Shown: positions 38,829-48,406 of the stretch, one piece after another
Layout: each line of letters begins with the position of its first letter
Numbering within the stretch: the stretch's first letter is position 1
Notes under the pieces: generated by a model
Seen by the model: only the letters and a program-made list of their open reading frames with translations
Told to the model about the DNA's origin: nothing
Databases searched by the model: none
IMG/VR virus record: IMGVR_UViG_3300000103_000003
Span: 11,643-75,642 of that record
DNA length: 64,000 nt
Direction: 5' to 3' (one strand)
DNA from: a virus
Translations under genes and position numbers: made by a program

Positions 38829-39062
38829 ATGAAAAAATATTATTGTATATTAGTATGGTTGCCGACAATAACCGAGCAAATTATTTTGCAGGGCTACGGA
38901 CTTAAAGAAGTAGCAAAAGGTTATCAAGTAATTTTTGAGGACGAAACGGAACGCGACAAACATTTGTCGAAACTTAAAAAATTAATTACCGTAAAAACGC
39001 TGGTAATTGACGAAAAACAAGCGAACAAAAGTATTTATAATATTGCACTAATAAATAAATAA
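38829..39062 (+). CDS. Small early hypothetical protein
   Basis: ORF track; start adjusted. Confidence 0.7.
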   Translation: MKKYYCILVWLPTITEQIILQGYGLKEVAKGYQVIFEDETERDKHLSKLKKLITVKTLVIDEKQANKSIYNIALINK

Positions 39063-39070
39063 TTACAGTT

Positions 39071-39463
39071 ATGAAACAAATAATTTTAGATAAGGAACAA
39101 ACAAAACGCGCCAAAGAATGGGATGTAAATATAGAGGAATTAAATCGCCATGCAATACGCTTTTTAAAGGCTGTCAAGGCTGGTAAATTGGTTTACGTAA
39201 ATGTAGACATAACCCAGTCCAGAAGCACCATAAAAGTACGGGAAATTGCTCCGAAATGCGCGTTAAACTTTCATGCACTTATTTACGTGCTTGCAGGATA
39301 TAACATCAAAACAGTAAGCGGACGCGACTGTATTGTAATTGGTGGCGTGGGGCTTAATCGTATTGACTATTTTCATAACCAAATTATGATGCGTCGCTTA
39401 GTCAATGCTGGTTGCATAACTAAAAAAGCAGCGGCAAAATTAAACGAATATATAGAATTTTAA
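39071..39463 (+). CDS. Early hypothetical protein
   Basis: ORF track. Confidence 0.75.
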   Translation: MKQIILDKEQTKRAKEWDVNIEELNRHAIRFLKAVKAGKLVYVNVDITQSRSTIKVREIAPKCALNFHALIYVLAGYNIKTVSGRDCIVIGGVGLNRIDYFHNQIMMRRLVNAGCITKKAAAKLNEYIEF

Positions 39464-39474
39464 AACTTACAATT

Positions 39475-39699
39475 ATGGATAAAAAAACATACTTACAAGC
39501 TATTGAGATAATAAGTGAATACCACACCAGCAAAATAACAATAAACCAGCCTAAAGACGGTTTCGTAGGCAGTATGGGGATAGAAAAGTGGACAATACAT
39601 ATTACTAAATGCGTTCCGGGTTGTGTGGAAAAACTAATAAAGTCCGGCTTTCATTTGTCAATGAATGAAGACGGCTTACAAGTGGATAAACTGTATTAA
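39475..39699 (+). CDS. Small early hypothetical protein
   Basis: ORF track. Confidence 0.75.
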   Translation: MDKKTYLQAIEIISEYHTSKITINQPKDGFVGSMGIEKWTIHITKCVPGCVEKLIKSGFHLSMNEDGLQVDKLY

Positions 39700-39700
39700 T

Positions 39701-39868
39701 ATGGAACATTTAATGCTTAAATATAGTGGGGGGCTGGAATTGTTTCCAGTCTTCGCACTTGAAACGGATAAAATAAACGCGGCTTATAAATTTGCCGCTA
39801 AAGTAGAAAAACGAATAAATAATAAAAGTTATGATAAAAAAAGTTTGTGCAAAATGCGGCTCGGATAA
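39701..39868 (+). CDS. Small early hypothetical protein
   Basis: ORF track; start adjusted. Confidence 0.55.
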   Translation: MEHLMLKYSGGLELFPVFALETDKINAAYKFAAKVEKRINNKSYDKKSLCKMRLG

Positions 39869-40016
39869 AGTTCAGTCTTTAGCATGGGTAGAGATAAATA
39901 CCAAAAAATTAAAGGACTTGATAGATAGTGAATATTGGTGTCCAATTTGTGGCGGTATACCCACCATAGTGGACAAAAAAGATTTTAAAAACACAATAAA
40001 AAAAACAACATTATGA
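39831..40016 (+). CDS. Zinc-ribbon small protein
   Basis: CAKC...WCPIC. Confidence 0.75.
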   Translation: MIKKVCAKCGSDKVQSLAWVEINTKKLKDLIDSEYWCPICGGIPTIVDKKDFKNTIKKTTL

Positions 40017-40249
40017 AAATTAGATATATAAGTGCTGATAACTGGGCGTTCGGTATTATTCCGAGTTACGAAATAGCAGAGGCGTTTTTTAACGCTGGTA
40101 TTGAATTATTCGAGATTTCCTCTTTAGATGACGGGGAACATTCAGAATGTTTAATAGTATCGCTTTCAGGCGTAAAACATTGTTTTGACAATGGGCGGCT
40201 TGTAGGTGTGGAAATTGGGGATATTTTTAATCCTGAAAATATGATTTAA
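40013..40249 (+). CDS. Small early hypothetical protein
   Basis: ORF track. Confidence 0.75.
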   Translation: MKIRYISADNWAFGIIPSYEIAEAFFNAGIELFEISSLDDGEHSECLIVSLSGVKHCFDNGRLVGVEIGDIFNPENMI

Positions 40250-40277
40250 AAACAATAACTTACTAAAAATTTTAATT

Positions 40278-40829
40278 ATGGGTACAAGGAATTTTTGCAG
40301 TTATGAAGCAAGCGCGGTTTATGCTTTTTATGGAAACGATATAGATTTCGACGATATACAAAGCAGTGTAACGTGCGACATTGAGAATTTAAAGACCGAC
40401 AAATGTAAGGGCGGTTTTTATGAAGCGTACAAAAAGAATTGCCATAACAAAGGTAATTATCTGGGAACTGTTTATCATGCTTTTAAATTTGCTGGGCTGG
40501 ACTGCGAGGTAAATTTAATTGGCTTTATTTCGTCGGGATATTATGACGGTGCAAATTTGGATTATGTTTCCGAAATTAATATTAATACAATAGATTATGA
40601 TTTCGAGGAGTTTTCAAGCTATTTTGATATTACCGACCATGAATGTAACGACCTTAATAAAGGCTTTCTAAAAATGCAGCGAAACAACATTATCCGCAAA
40701 GTTAGTGCGGTTTATGCAGATTTACAAAAGGAAATTGAGAATATATACAAACAACATACAACGGCTTTACGTGTTATCGGTGGTTTCTCCGATGGTACAG
40801 CTATTTACGAAAAAATAAAGGAGGATTAA
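40278..40829 (+). CDS. Early hypothetical protein
   Basis: SGYYDGANLDY motif; C-terminal FSDGTAIYEK. Confidence 0.8.
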   Translation: MGTRNFCSYEASAVYAFYGNDIDFDDIQSSVTCDIENLKTDKCKGGFYEAYKKNCHNKGNYLGTVYHAFKFAGLDCEVNLIGFISSGYYDGANLDYVSEININTIDYDFEEFSSYFDITDHECNDLNKGFLKMQRNNIIRKVSAVYADLQKEIENIYKQHTTALRVIGGFSDGTAIYEKIKED

Positions 40830-40832
40830 ATT

Positions 40833-41195
40833 ATGAAACTAAAATTGTCAAAATATCATTTGCAGAGATTAGAGGATAATTATTATTACGGACGGGAACA
40901 ATTCGAGGAGGATATAAAGGGTTTCCTATCCAGTGCTGCAAAACGCAAATTAATTTTTGCCGAAAGAAAAGATAAAGGACTGGTTCAGGTTACAGAAATA
41001 ACATCATACGGATTACATTGGTTTTCACACTTCGTTTTTGTATTGTGTGGTAAACGCGCAAACGACTATTTAGAGTTGCGTTTTTCTGGCGCAAACGACG
41101 CGTATTATGATATTTTGTTATATCTCCAGCAAATCGGAGCAATAACCGAGAAAAGGCGAAATATTTTATTAAAATTAAAACTTAATGTCTTATAA
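40833..41195 (+). CDS. Early hypothetical protein
   Basis: ORF track. Confidence 0.75.
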   Translation: MKLKLSKYHLQRLEDNYYYGREQFEEDIKGFLSSAAKRKLIFAERKDKGLVQVTEITSYGLHWFSHFVFVLCGKRANDYLELRFSGANDAYYDILLYLQQIGAITEKRRNILLKLKLNVL

Positions 41196-41197
41196 TC

Positions 41198-41407
41198 ATG
41201 GCAAAGCAATATATTAAAGAAAATGACCGCGTTTATACTACTGGTGCGTATTTAGTACGTGACTTATCTGTTCAGGGCGGTTGGAGAGTAGACAGCATAG
41301 AAGAGGATACCTTTTTTTATAAAAGTGATGCCGACTTCGACGGTAATAGAATAGAGGCAACTGGTAACAGTAAGCCTGAAAAGGAATGGTTTATAGAAAA
41401 ACAATAA
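41198..41407 (+). CDS. Small protein, paralog A
   Basis: DRVYTTGAYLVRDLSVQGGWRVD. Confidence 0.8.
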   Translation: MAKQYIKENDRVYTTGAYLVRDLSVQGGWRVDSIEEDTFFYKSDADFDGNRIEATGNSKPEKEWFIEKQ

Positions 41408-41409
41408 TT

Positions 41410-41607
41410 ATGGCAGTAAAAAAGTTTATTGAACAAAAAGACAGAATATATGCAACTGGCGTATATTTAATTCGAGATAATTCTGTCGCTGGTGGATGGC
41501 GTGTAGATGTTTTTGAGGATGACAGTTATTTTGATGGAGAGTGTGTAAATAGTCAAGACCACGAAGACATAAACAAACGTTTTTTCATTGGTGGGGATGA
41601 CGAGTAA
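41410..41607 (+). CDS. Small protein, paralog B
   Basis: DRIYATGVYLIRDNSVAGGWRVD. Confidence 0.8.
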   Translation: MAVKKFIEQKDRIYATGVYLIRDNSVAGGWRVDVFEDDSYFDGECVNSQDHEDINKRFFIGGDDE

Positions 41608-41668
41608 ATAATATGGGGCTGAAAGCGATTTTAAGCCGTTTTCAGCCCTGCAAATAAAATTTAATAGT

Positions 41669-41791
41669 ATGGAATTTATAGTATATTTGGCGGTCGGTTT
41701 CTGGGCTTTAAAGTGGTTTTTAAGTTGCTTTATCCCGAAAGACCCAAACGAACAAAAATCATCATCAAGTTGGTTTTTTATTTGGTGGTAA
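41669..41791 (+). CDS. 40-aa membrane peptide
   Basis: Hand-translated MEFIVYLAVGFWALKWFLSCFIPK...WFFIWW. Confidence 0.55.
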   Translation: MEFIVYLAVGFWALKWFLSCFIPKDPNEQKSSSSWFFIWW

Positions 41792-41820
41792 ATAGTAATT
41801 AATTTTTAAACAACAAAGTT

Positions 41821-42192
41821 ATGAAAAACGATTTTAAAGTAGGAGATGTTGTGTATTGGAATGATACAGAAACAGGCGGTATATTTACGATAGCAGAATT
41901 ATATGAAGACTTTTGCTTAATCTGTAACGAACATAGCGAGGCGCAAGCGTATTACAATGAACTTTTTAAATCAGCGGAATACAAAAACGAATTATACGCA
42001 AATTGCACGATTAAAGACGAAGACGGGGAGGATATTGTCGAAATAAAATTATCTTTAGATATGGGAGAAAATGATGACGATACATATTTTTATGTAAACG
42101 GATATAACGCATTATTGAGTATGCACGAAGTAAATGCGTTACCGATGCAAAATTTCCAGATAGTTTCAATTAATAACTTTTATAACAAATAA
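41821..42192 (+). CDS. Acidic early protein
   Basis: FKVGDVVYW SH3-like start; very acidic. Confidence 0.8.
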   Translation: MKNDFKVGDVVYWNDTETGGIFTIAELYEDFCLICNEHSEAQAYYNELFKSAEYKNELYANCTIKDEDGEDIVEIKLSLDMGENDDDTYFYVNGYNALLSMHEVNALPMQNFQIVSINNFYNK

Positions 42193-42196
42193 CATC

Positions 42197-42427
42197 ATGT
42201 TTATATATGAATTGAATTTTAACCCAAAATATATGCAGAGTGTTCGCGGAATTTTGGAAAAAGAGGGAATAAAACGTCCGTTACTTGGGCGACGTGTTAT
42301 GGACAATATGGGTAAATGTATGTTTTCGTCGCTTGCCTCTTTGTCTTACTGGGAGGATATTTTTTACAAACAGAATGGTTTTATCGCGCTATCTTTAGAT
42401 ATAGCACAAATCAGGGAGGAAAAGTAA
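42197..42427 (+). CDS. Small early hypothetical protein
   Basis: ORF track. Confidence 0.7.
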   Translation: MFIYELNFNPKYMQSVRGILEKEGIKRPLLGRRVMDNMGKCMFSSLASLSYWEDIFYKQNGFIALSLDIAQIREEK

Positions 42428-42428
42428 C

Positions 42429-42908
42429 ATGAAAAGGATTACACAAAAACAAATTGCCGCGTGTATTGCTAATCAAGGCAGAATTAATCGCGAAATTTTA
42501 AACAGCGATATTCAGGGCTGGCAGGGTAAATTTGAGCTTAATAGAACACCTGAATTTTTAAAAGGCTGGGAATGTACCGACCGAGATAGTTTGCAGTTTC
42601 GCGAAAAAAATTGGTTAAACCCCAGCCGCAAAAATTGTGAAGCGGAGTACTGTTTTAAACAATGGAATAACGTTACAAATGAAAGTGTGCCGCCAATATT
42701 AGAGGATTTAACAGAGGAGCAATTCAATGATAGCAAAAACTGGATACAGGCAACTATCGACGTTAAAGAATATTCAGGCGAATTACATGACTATTTAAGC
42801 CCTTATGGATACTCTTATGGCAAAGTGATAGCGGATAATGGTTTCGCTAAAGGTATGGCTTTAATTGCCGAATGTATTTTTGAAACAGATATTTTTGATT
42901 TTATTTAA
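42429..42908 (+). CDS. Early hypothetical protein
   Basis: ORF track. Confidence 0.8.
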   Translation: MKRITQKQIAACIANQGRINREILNSDIQGWQGKFELNRTPEFLKGWECTDRDSLQFREKNWLNPSRKNCEAEYCFKQWNNVTNESVPPILEDLTEEQFNDSKNWIQATIDVKEYSGELHDYLSPYGYSYGKVIADNGFAKGMALIAECIFETDIFDFI

Positions 42909-42931
42909 TAACAATTTAAAAACTTACTAAA

Positions 42932-43519
42932 ATGAAAAATTTTGAAGTATTGGCAAACGAAGTTTTGCGCACAAAAAACGGAGAATTAAAAAATAACGCT
43001 TATGCAGTTTATAGCTTATTACTGCACGAACAAAAGTTACACAATGGACAGGCAATTTACCTAATTACGCCTAATGGATATAAAAATGGTGCGTCGGTGA
43101 ATTTACGCACTATTCAAGAGTATTTATGTAAATTGGGAGTATTTTACGGATTTAAAAATGATGCACCGCGAGGTGGCAAAAATGGTAATTATATAGAAAT
43201 TACAAAAGATGCACGTAATAAATTAGCACGTTGGAGCAATAAAGAGCGTGCAAAGATGTTACAAATACAAACAGAATACAACAACAAACAAATAGAAATT
43301 GCAGCCGCTAAAGAGCGCGAAATTAGTGCTTGTATTGGAGCAATTAAGTTACACAAAGATAAAGTAATGCAAATTGTAAACAAGCATGGAAACAACAATA
43401 AAGGTTTACGGACATCAGCATGGAAATTATCCTCTCGAAACGGAGAGCTGGCAACATTCCAGATATTTGACGTAAAAATAATATTTCTGGCACTTGATTT
43501 ATACATAAACAACAAATAA
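42932..43519 (+). CDS. Early hypothetical protein
   Basis: NDAPRGGKNG motif. Confidence 0.8.
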   Translation: MKNFEVLANEVLRTKNGELKNNAYAVYSLLLHEQKLHNGQAIYLITPNGYKNGASVNLRTIQEYLCKLGVFYGFKNDAPRGGKNGNYIEITKDARNKLARWSNKERAKMLQIQTEYNNKQIEIAAAKEREISACIGAIKLHKDKVMQIVNKHGNNNKGLRTSAWKLSSRNGELATFQIFDVKIIFLALDLYINNK

Positions 43520-43520
43520 T

Positions 43521-43913
43521 ATGAAAACAATTATATTAAGTTGGGAAAATGCGTATGAAAATAATTACATACGTAAATTTATGGAGGAAAATGATATTGA
43601 CGATGTACTTTCATTGTTTGAGGGCGACCCCGATATGATACGGGTAAATAATTCCAAAATTTGCTATGTAACATTCGAGAATGAAGACGAAACAATAATA
43701 GTTTATGCTGATTTCAGTTATTTATTGGAGGACAAAGATATTCCCAAACTTCAAAAAATGCTGGAAACATTTGTCGAAGACTGGGCTATTCTCCATGATA
43801 ATTATGTAAAAATAGATAATCAAACTTGGGAGGCGTTTGATGAACTGGAAAACGGCATCGCTTATCGTGGTGGCTCTGGTTATTCATATACAATTTGGAA
43901 GTATCTAAATTGA
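43521..43913 (+). CDS. Acidic early protein
   Basis: ORF track; Asp/Glu-rich. Confidence 0.8.
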   Translation: MKTIILSWENAYENNYIRKFMEENDIDDVLSLFEGDPDMIRVNNSKICYVTFENEDETIIVYADFSYLLEDKDIPKLQKMLETFVEDWAILHDNYVKIDNQTWEAFDELENGIAYRGGSGYSYTIWKYLN

Positions 43914-43938
43914 ATTAAGTATTTTTAACACAAATAAA

Positions 43939-43969
43939 TTTGCAGCACTGGTAATTAATTTTACCTTTG
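43939..43969 (+). promoter_or_regulatory. Primary-sigma promoter
   Basis: TTTG-N19-TACCTTTG. Confidence 0.8.
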
Positions 43970-43989
43970 CTGCTCAAAAATTAAATATT

Positions 43990-44178
43990 ATGGGAAATTA
44001 TTCGTCTTGGGGATATACAAATTATCCTATCACAAAAGAGCAACACGATTATTTACTGCCAGTATATGGAATTGTAAGCGGCAACAAAAGGATATTTGAG
44101 AAAAATGGGGTGTTTGTGTTTATGGGAAATAAAAGTGAACACGAAGAGATGTTACAACGAATTAAATACATGAATTGA
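43990..44178 (+). CDS. Small early hypothetical protein
   Basis: ORF track. Confidence 0.75.
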   Translation: MGNYSSWGYTNYPITKEQHDYLLPVYGIVSGNKRIFEKNGVFVFMGNKSEHEEMLQRIKYMN

Positions 44179-44180
44179 GT

Positions 44181-44786
44181 ATGAAAAGCATATACGGAAT
44201 TATCATAGCAATTTGTTTAGGTTTTTATATTATACACGAATTATTCTTTTTTGTAGTCGAAACACCTATTATTTTGGGTGGTTTAGGGCTTGTTTTAGGT
44301 AGTTATTGGAAGCGCATTAAGTCTTTCTTTACTGGTGTTCCAAATATCCAGAATGAGCCGCAAATAGACGTAAATGAGCCTCAAAATGGGGCTATATTTG
44401 AAGAGGAGTTTGAAGCTATATATGAAACGGCTATGAAAGAGGCTGCAAAGCTAATCGACTTTTGTGAATTGCGCAAACAAGGCTGGCACATAACCAACTC
44501 AATGACTTTACAGTTCTGCAAAAAAATTGACGAAAAAACATTTGAGTTCAAGCAGTGGGATAAAGAGTATTCTCCAATTCCACAGGAACTTACAATTTTG
44601 GACTGGGGTTGTGAAGACCTTTGGACAATAGGCGTAATCTATACAGAGGATTACGAAGGCTTAGAAAGTGACTATTTATTAAAACATGGTGCGACTTTTT
44701 GGGATAACTTCAAAACTACACCGAACGCCTACCAGCGTTTGGCAGGTTTTATATTTGATACAGAATATTTACAGTTTAAAGTTTAA
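44181..44786 (+). CDS. Membrane-anchored hypothetical protein
   Basis: Two N-terminal hydrophobic segments. Confidence 0.75.
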   Translation: MKSIYGIIIAICLGFYIIHELFFFVVETPIILGGLGLVLGSYWKRIKSFFTGVPNIQNEPQIDVNEPQNGAIFEEEFEAIYETAMKEAAKLIDFCELRKQGWHITNSMTLQFCKKIDEKTFEFKQWDKEYSPIPQELTILDWGCEDLWTIGVIYTEDYEGLESDYLLKHGATFWDNFKTTPNAYQRLAGFIFDTEYLQFKV

Positions 44787-44790
44787 AATT

Positions 44791-44991
44791 ATGGACTTAT
44801 ACAATTTATTAGAGGATTATTTGAACAACGATTTGCTTTCCAGTGATGTAAGCGTGGATAGCTTTAAAAGCGAGGGCAATACTTGTTTTGTAAATTACCA
44901 CCATAAGAATAGGGGAGGCTCGGAAAAACTTGTACACGAAGTAGATTTGTGGCAATTAATGGCGTTTGTTTATTCATCTAAAAACGATTAA
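44791..44991 (+). CDS. Small early hypothetical protein
   Basis: ORF track; start adjusted. Confidence 0.7.
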   Translation: MDLYNLLEDYLNNDLLSSDVSVDSFKSEGNTCFVNYHHKNRGGSEKLVHEVDLWQLMAFVYSSKND

Positions 44992-44992
44992 A

Positions 44993-45298
44993 ATGAAAGA
45001 ATTAATAAATAAACTTGCTGTAAGTGAAGACGTAATAATGCTACCTTACGGCTCGGCATTTGAAGTATCGGATAAAGATTTTTGCGCAATTAAAAACGCT
45101 TTTCCGCTGGGTTATGATATTGACCGATACTCTTGTAGAGGCAGCTATGAATTATATCGCCAAAGCAGACACGAAAACGGTTTTACCTGCCAAAAATTAC
45201 AAGGCTCGGTTATCGGCTATGTAAACATAAGAGAGAAAAAATTCTATATTGCTCAATGGGTAATAACTTACATGAAAAAGCACGAAAATAACTTGTAA
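44993..45298 (+). CDS. Early hypothetical protein
   Basis: ORF track; start adjusted. Confidence 0.75.
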   Translation: MKELINKLAVSEDVIMLPYGSAFEVSDKDFCAIKNAFPLGYDIDRYSCRGSYELYRQSRHENGFTCQKLQGSVIGYVNIREKKFYIAQWVITYMKKHENNL

Positions 45299-45302
45299 AG
45301 AT

Positions 45303-45548
45303 ATGAAGACGATAAAGGAATTTAAAGACAAAGCAAATAAAATTCCAGTCAATACTAATAATGGCTGGGGTTTTGGCGGTTGGACTGGACACGAATACAT
45401 ATTATCGACTAACGATTATTTATTTGCACTGGAAGACGGTAAAAATTGTTATCGTCATACTTCTGATAAACATTTAACGTATATTATAAATGGTTATTAT
45501 GTATCCAAAGAAGAGTTTTTGGAAAAATTACAACAACTTAATAAATAA
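45303..45548 (+). CDS. Small early hypothetical protein
   Basis: ORF track. Confidence 0.75.
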   Translation: MKTIKEFKDKANKIPVNTNNGWGFGGWTGHEYILSTNDYLFALEDGKNCYRHTSDKHLTYIINGYYVSKEEFLEKLQQLNK

Positions 45549-45553
45549 AAACA

Positions 45554-45802
45554 ATGGCATATTGTAGTGGAGGCTTTCCCGGAGTTATGAGCCGGGAAAC
45601 CTATTATAAAAGTAATTATAAAGCGTGCCTCAAAGATGGTTATGACCCAACAACAGGTAAACCTTTGGAGGAACTGGCAAAGAAAATGCAACAAACTTCA
45701 CAGCGTTCTTTTACTGAATGTATGGAGATTGTCCATGAATATCGGAGATTAAAATCTCTGAAAGATTACAGTGATTATGATTTTAGTGATATAATGTTTT
45801 AA
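45554..45802 (+). CDS. Small early hypothetical protein
   Basis: ORF track. Confidence 0.75.
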   Translation: MAYCSGGFPGVMSRETYYKSNYKACLKDGYDPTTGKPLEELAKKMQQTSQRSFTECMEIVHEYRRLKSLKDYSDYDFSDIMF

Positions 45803-45812
45803 AATAACAAAT

Positions 45813-46229
45813 ATGAAAAAGTACATTTTAATTTTAGGAATTATTATTGCAGGTCTAAATTCCTGCACTTACGAAGTGATAGACGAATTGCAGGAACAAG
45901 TTACATTTCCTGCAAATGTAGAAACAGCCGAAAGCAGGACAGAATATGCTTTTGATTATTATGAAGACGGACAGCCGAAATATGGACTTGATGTAACCTT
46001 CCAGTATCAAGTTCCATACAATAATCCTGATGAAGTTATTTTAACTGCATTAGAAACACTATTTATTCGTAATGGTAATCAGGTATCAGAGATGTCGGCA
46101 AAGTCTTTAGAAAATGCTTTAAATAGCCTTAATCTAAGCACAAAAGACATTAGAGTTATTCATACTGGTGTTATTGTGTATGGATATAGTACAAATTCGT
46201 ATATTGGGGGTTCAAAGCCAATAACATGA
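45813..46229 (+). CDS. Putative lipoprotein
   Basis: MKKYILILGIIIAGLNSC lipoprotein signal followed by an acidic stretch. Confidence 0.75.
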   Translation: MKKYILILGIIIAGLNSCTYEVIDELQEQVTFPANVETAESRTEYAFDYYEDGQPKYGLDVTFQYQVPYNNPDEVILTALETLFIRNGNQVSEMSAKSLENALNSLNLSTKDIRVIHTGVIVYGYSTNSYIGGSKPIT

Positions 46230-46354
46230 AAAATTCAGACAGGGCGCAATTTGGAATAATTGCAGGTGCTGCATTAATTGCAGCTGGTCTAACATTTTGT
46301 TGGATAATGAGTTATGTAACACCGTTTATTAATCACGTAATTTGGGGGATTTAA
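46226..46354 (+). CDS. 42-aa membrane peptide
   Basis: Hand-translated MKNSDRAQFGIIAGAALIAAGLTFCWIM...; ATGA overlap. Confidence 0.6.
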   Translation: MKNSDRAQFGIIAGAALIAAGLTFCWIMSYVTPFINHVIWGI

Positions 46355-46356
46355 TT

Positions 46357-46560
46357 ATGTCTGATAAAGAAAAAATTGAAGCAATAAAAGAGTTATTTGC
46401 AAAGAATGAGCCAAATTACACTATGATGAAACGTAGAATGTCGGAAGACCTTATTCCTGCACGTAAAAGTTGGGAGGAGATGAAAGATTATGCAGATGAA
46501 CAACATTATTTATTGCAGGATATTAGAAATATTTTAAAAAACGAAGAGGAGGATTTTTAA
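46357..46560 (+). CDS. Small early hypothetical protein
   Basis: ORF track; start adjusted. Confidence 0.7.
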   Translation: MSDKEKIEAIKELFAKNEPNYTMMKRRMSEDLIPARKSWEEMKDYADEQHYLLQDIRNILKNEEEDF

Positions 46561-46561
46561 T

Positions 46562-46798
46562 ATGGAAAACGCAGAATATAAAAGAGTAATGAAGTTTGTA
46601 AATACAGTCGAAAATGGTATTGAACAATCTATGGCTACTGCAAAACAGTTGGCAAAACCAATACTAAAGGCGTTGGAATGTAAATGTAAATTAAATTCAA
46701 GCCTCGAAAAAGACTTGGAGAAACTAAAAGGAATGGTTGAAATCATGCAGCTATTTAAAATGGACGTTTCGGAATTTAGCTGGATTTGGCTGGTGTAA
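46562..46798 (+). CDS. Small early hypothetical protein
   Basis: ORF track. Confidence 0.7.
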   Translation: MENAEYKRVMKFVNTVENGIEQSMATAKQLAKPILKALECKCKLNSSLEKDLEKLKGMVEIMQLFKMDVSEFSWIWLV

Positions 46799-46809
46799 AA
46801 ATTACGATT

Positions 46810-47052
46810 ATGGAAAGTAAGATAATAAAATTGCGCACTCAATGGTTGTTAAAAGATAAATTATCTGGAAAGAATTTTTTGATAAAAAGTTATTTCACAA
46901 ATGATATTGACACCTATGCGTATAAAGCATTTAATGAAACAGATACTTTAGAATTATCTAAAACCACTTTGTATTATAGTAGATGGGCTAAAAAAGAAGA
47001 CATTGAAAGACAATTACTAAATGTGGGCGTTTCGTATGAATTAAATAAATAA
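46810..47052 (+). CDS. Small early hypothetical protein
   Basis: ORF track; start adjusted. Confidence 0.7.
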   Translation: MESKIIKLRTQWLLKDKLSGKNFLIKSYFTNDIDTYAYKAFNETDTLELSKTTLYYSRWAKKEDIERQLLNVGVSYELNK

Positions 47053-47063
47053 ATTAGCTCAAA

Positions 47064-47294
47064 ATGGAAGTACGAATTAAGAATATGGGGCTTTTGGTAC
47101 GCTGGTTTAATCCACGTAAATGTAGTAATGATATGTTCCTTACGCCAGTAATAACAATTACCAACCCATTTCGGGGATATGGTCTTTATCACTTGTGTTT
47201 TGAATGGTTGTATTTTGCTGTCGGTATAAGTTGGCGACGAACATGTAAACAGAAACAAATATCGCATCATTATGCGTTTCCTATCAAATTATAA
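47064..47294 (+). CDS. Small early hypothetical protein
   Basis: ORF track. Confidence 0.65.
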   Translation: MEVRIKNMGLLVRWFNPRKCSNDMFLTPVITITNPFRGYGLYHLCFEWLYFAVGISWRRTCKQKQISHHYAFPIKL

Positions 47295-47311
47295 ATTTTT
47301 AACAAAATAAA

Positions 47312-47343
47312 TTTGCAGGTCTGGGAAATAATTCGTAGGTTTG
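47312..47343 (+). promoter_or_regulatory. Primary-sigma promoter
   Basis: TTTG-N20-TAGGTTTG. Confidence 0.8.
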
Positions 47344-47362
47344 CGGCTTAAAATTGAATATT

Positions 47363-47623
47363 ATGACACTATCGGATAAGATAAATTATTTAGCTTCTTT
47401 GGATATTACATTCACATTTGGGGCTGTAATGGATTTACCAGAAGACCAAAGAGGAGGTTTAGAAACGGCATATTATTACAAAATTGACGCTTCAAAGGCT
47501 TCGGAACATATAAGAGAGGAAAGACTTGGTTTTGATGTATTAGTTCAAGGTATATCCTCTTTAAAAAACGTCACAAATTCACGTTATACAGTTTTTAACG
47601 ATACAATAAAAACATTATTATGA
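47363..47623 (+). CDS. Small hypothetical protein
   Basis: ORF track; start adjusted. Confidence 0.75.
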   Translation: MTLSDKINYLASLDITFTFGAVMDLPEDQRGGLETAYYYKIDASKASEHIREERLGFDVLVQGISSLKNVTNSRYTVFNDTIKTLL

Positions 47624-47943
47624 AAACATTAATCATCAAAGGTATTGAAGTGGCGAATACAGACGAATTTTGGTCTGCGTATTATGAAGACCGAAGCCGC
47701 TTTTTTAAAGGCGCAATTCAAAGCATATTGCCAGCTGCAAGAGTGTATTATCCTGAACTTGATTGTGACAGAAATTATGTCGATGTAGATTTGGAAGGTT
47801 GTACTTTTTTTGCTTGTCATGCTGCAATTAAAGCAATTCAGGGTTTTGTTACTATGCTACATGGATTTAGTGAACATTTTGTTGCTAAAATAGAAACATC
47901 ATTTCACGATACGTGCATATTGAGAATTAGAGTTTTACAGTAA
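47620..47943 (+). CDS. Hypothetical protein
   Basis: ORF track. Confidence 0.75.
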   Translation: MKTLIIKGIEVANTDEFWSAYYEDRSRFFKGAIQSILPAARVYYPELDCDRNYVDVDLEGCTFFACHAAIKAIQGFVTMLHGFSEHFVAKIETSFHDTCILRIRVLQ

Positions 47944-47954
47944 AAAATAAAGTT

Positions 47955-48170
47955 ATGCAACATTGTGAAATTATTATTAAATACGAAAGTATACCGGAAT
48001 TAAAAAAGTTGTTACAGGCTTATTGCATTAAACCGCTGATAATTCCTGAATATAGTAATAAAAACGTAGTTTTTAATTTCCATATAAGTGGCGGTTTATT
48101 CGGCAGTACTTTAGGCAATGAAATATGTGAAAGATTTTCACACACACTCATAAAAATGGAGGTAATATGA
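47955..48170 (+). CDS. Small hypothetical protein
   Basis: ORF track. Confidence 0.7.
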   Translation: MQHCEIIIKYESIPELKKLLQAYCIKPLIIPEYSNKNVVFNFHISGGLFGSTLGNEICERFSHTLIKMEVI

Positions 48171-48406
48171 AATTTAAAATCGGAGATGAAGTAGTAAGAA
48201 GTAAAGGCGATTACGTTGTTGGGCGCATTGGTAACGTAATAGAAATTGACGCAGAGAAACAACGCGCAAGAGTACAATGGGTTGGTGTTAAAACTTGGTG
48301 CAAATTTGATGTACTGGAACTAACATCTATTCCCTATGAAATAATTGAGCCGATTTACCCCAATAATGGTGGTCGCGGACGCTTTCCAATTTACAGAAAG
48401 AAATAA
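48167..48406 (+). CDS. Small SH3-like hypothetical protein
   Basis: FKIGDEVVR...GNVIEID...ARVQW pattern. Confidence 0.75.
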   Translation: MKFKIGDEVVRSKGDYVVGRIGNVIEIDAEKQRARVQWVGVKTWCKFDVLELTSIPYEIIEPIYPNNGGRGRFPIYRKK

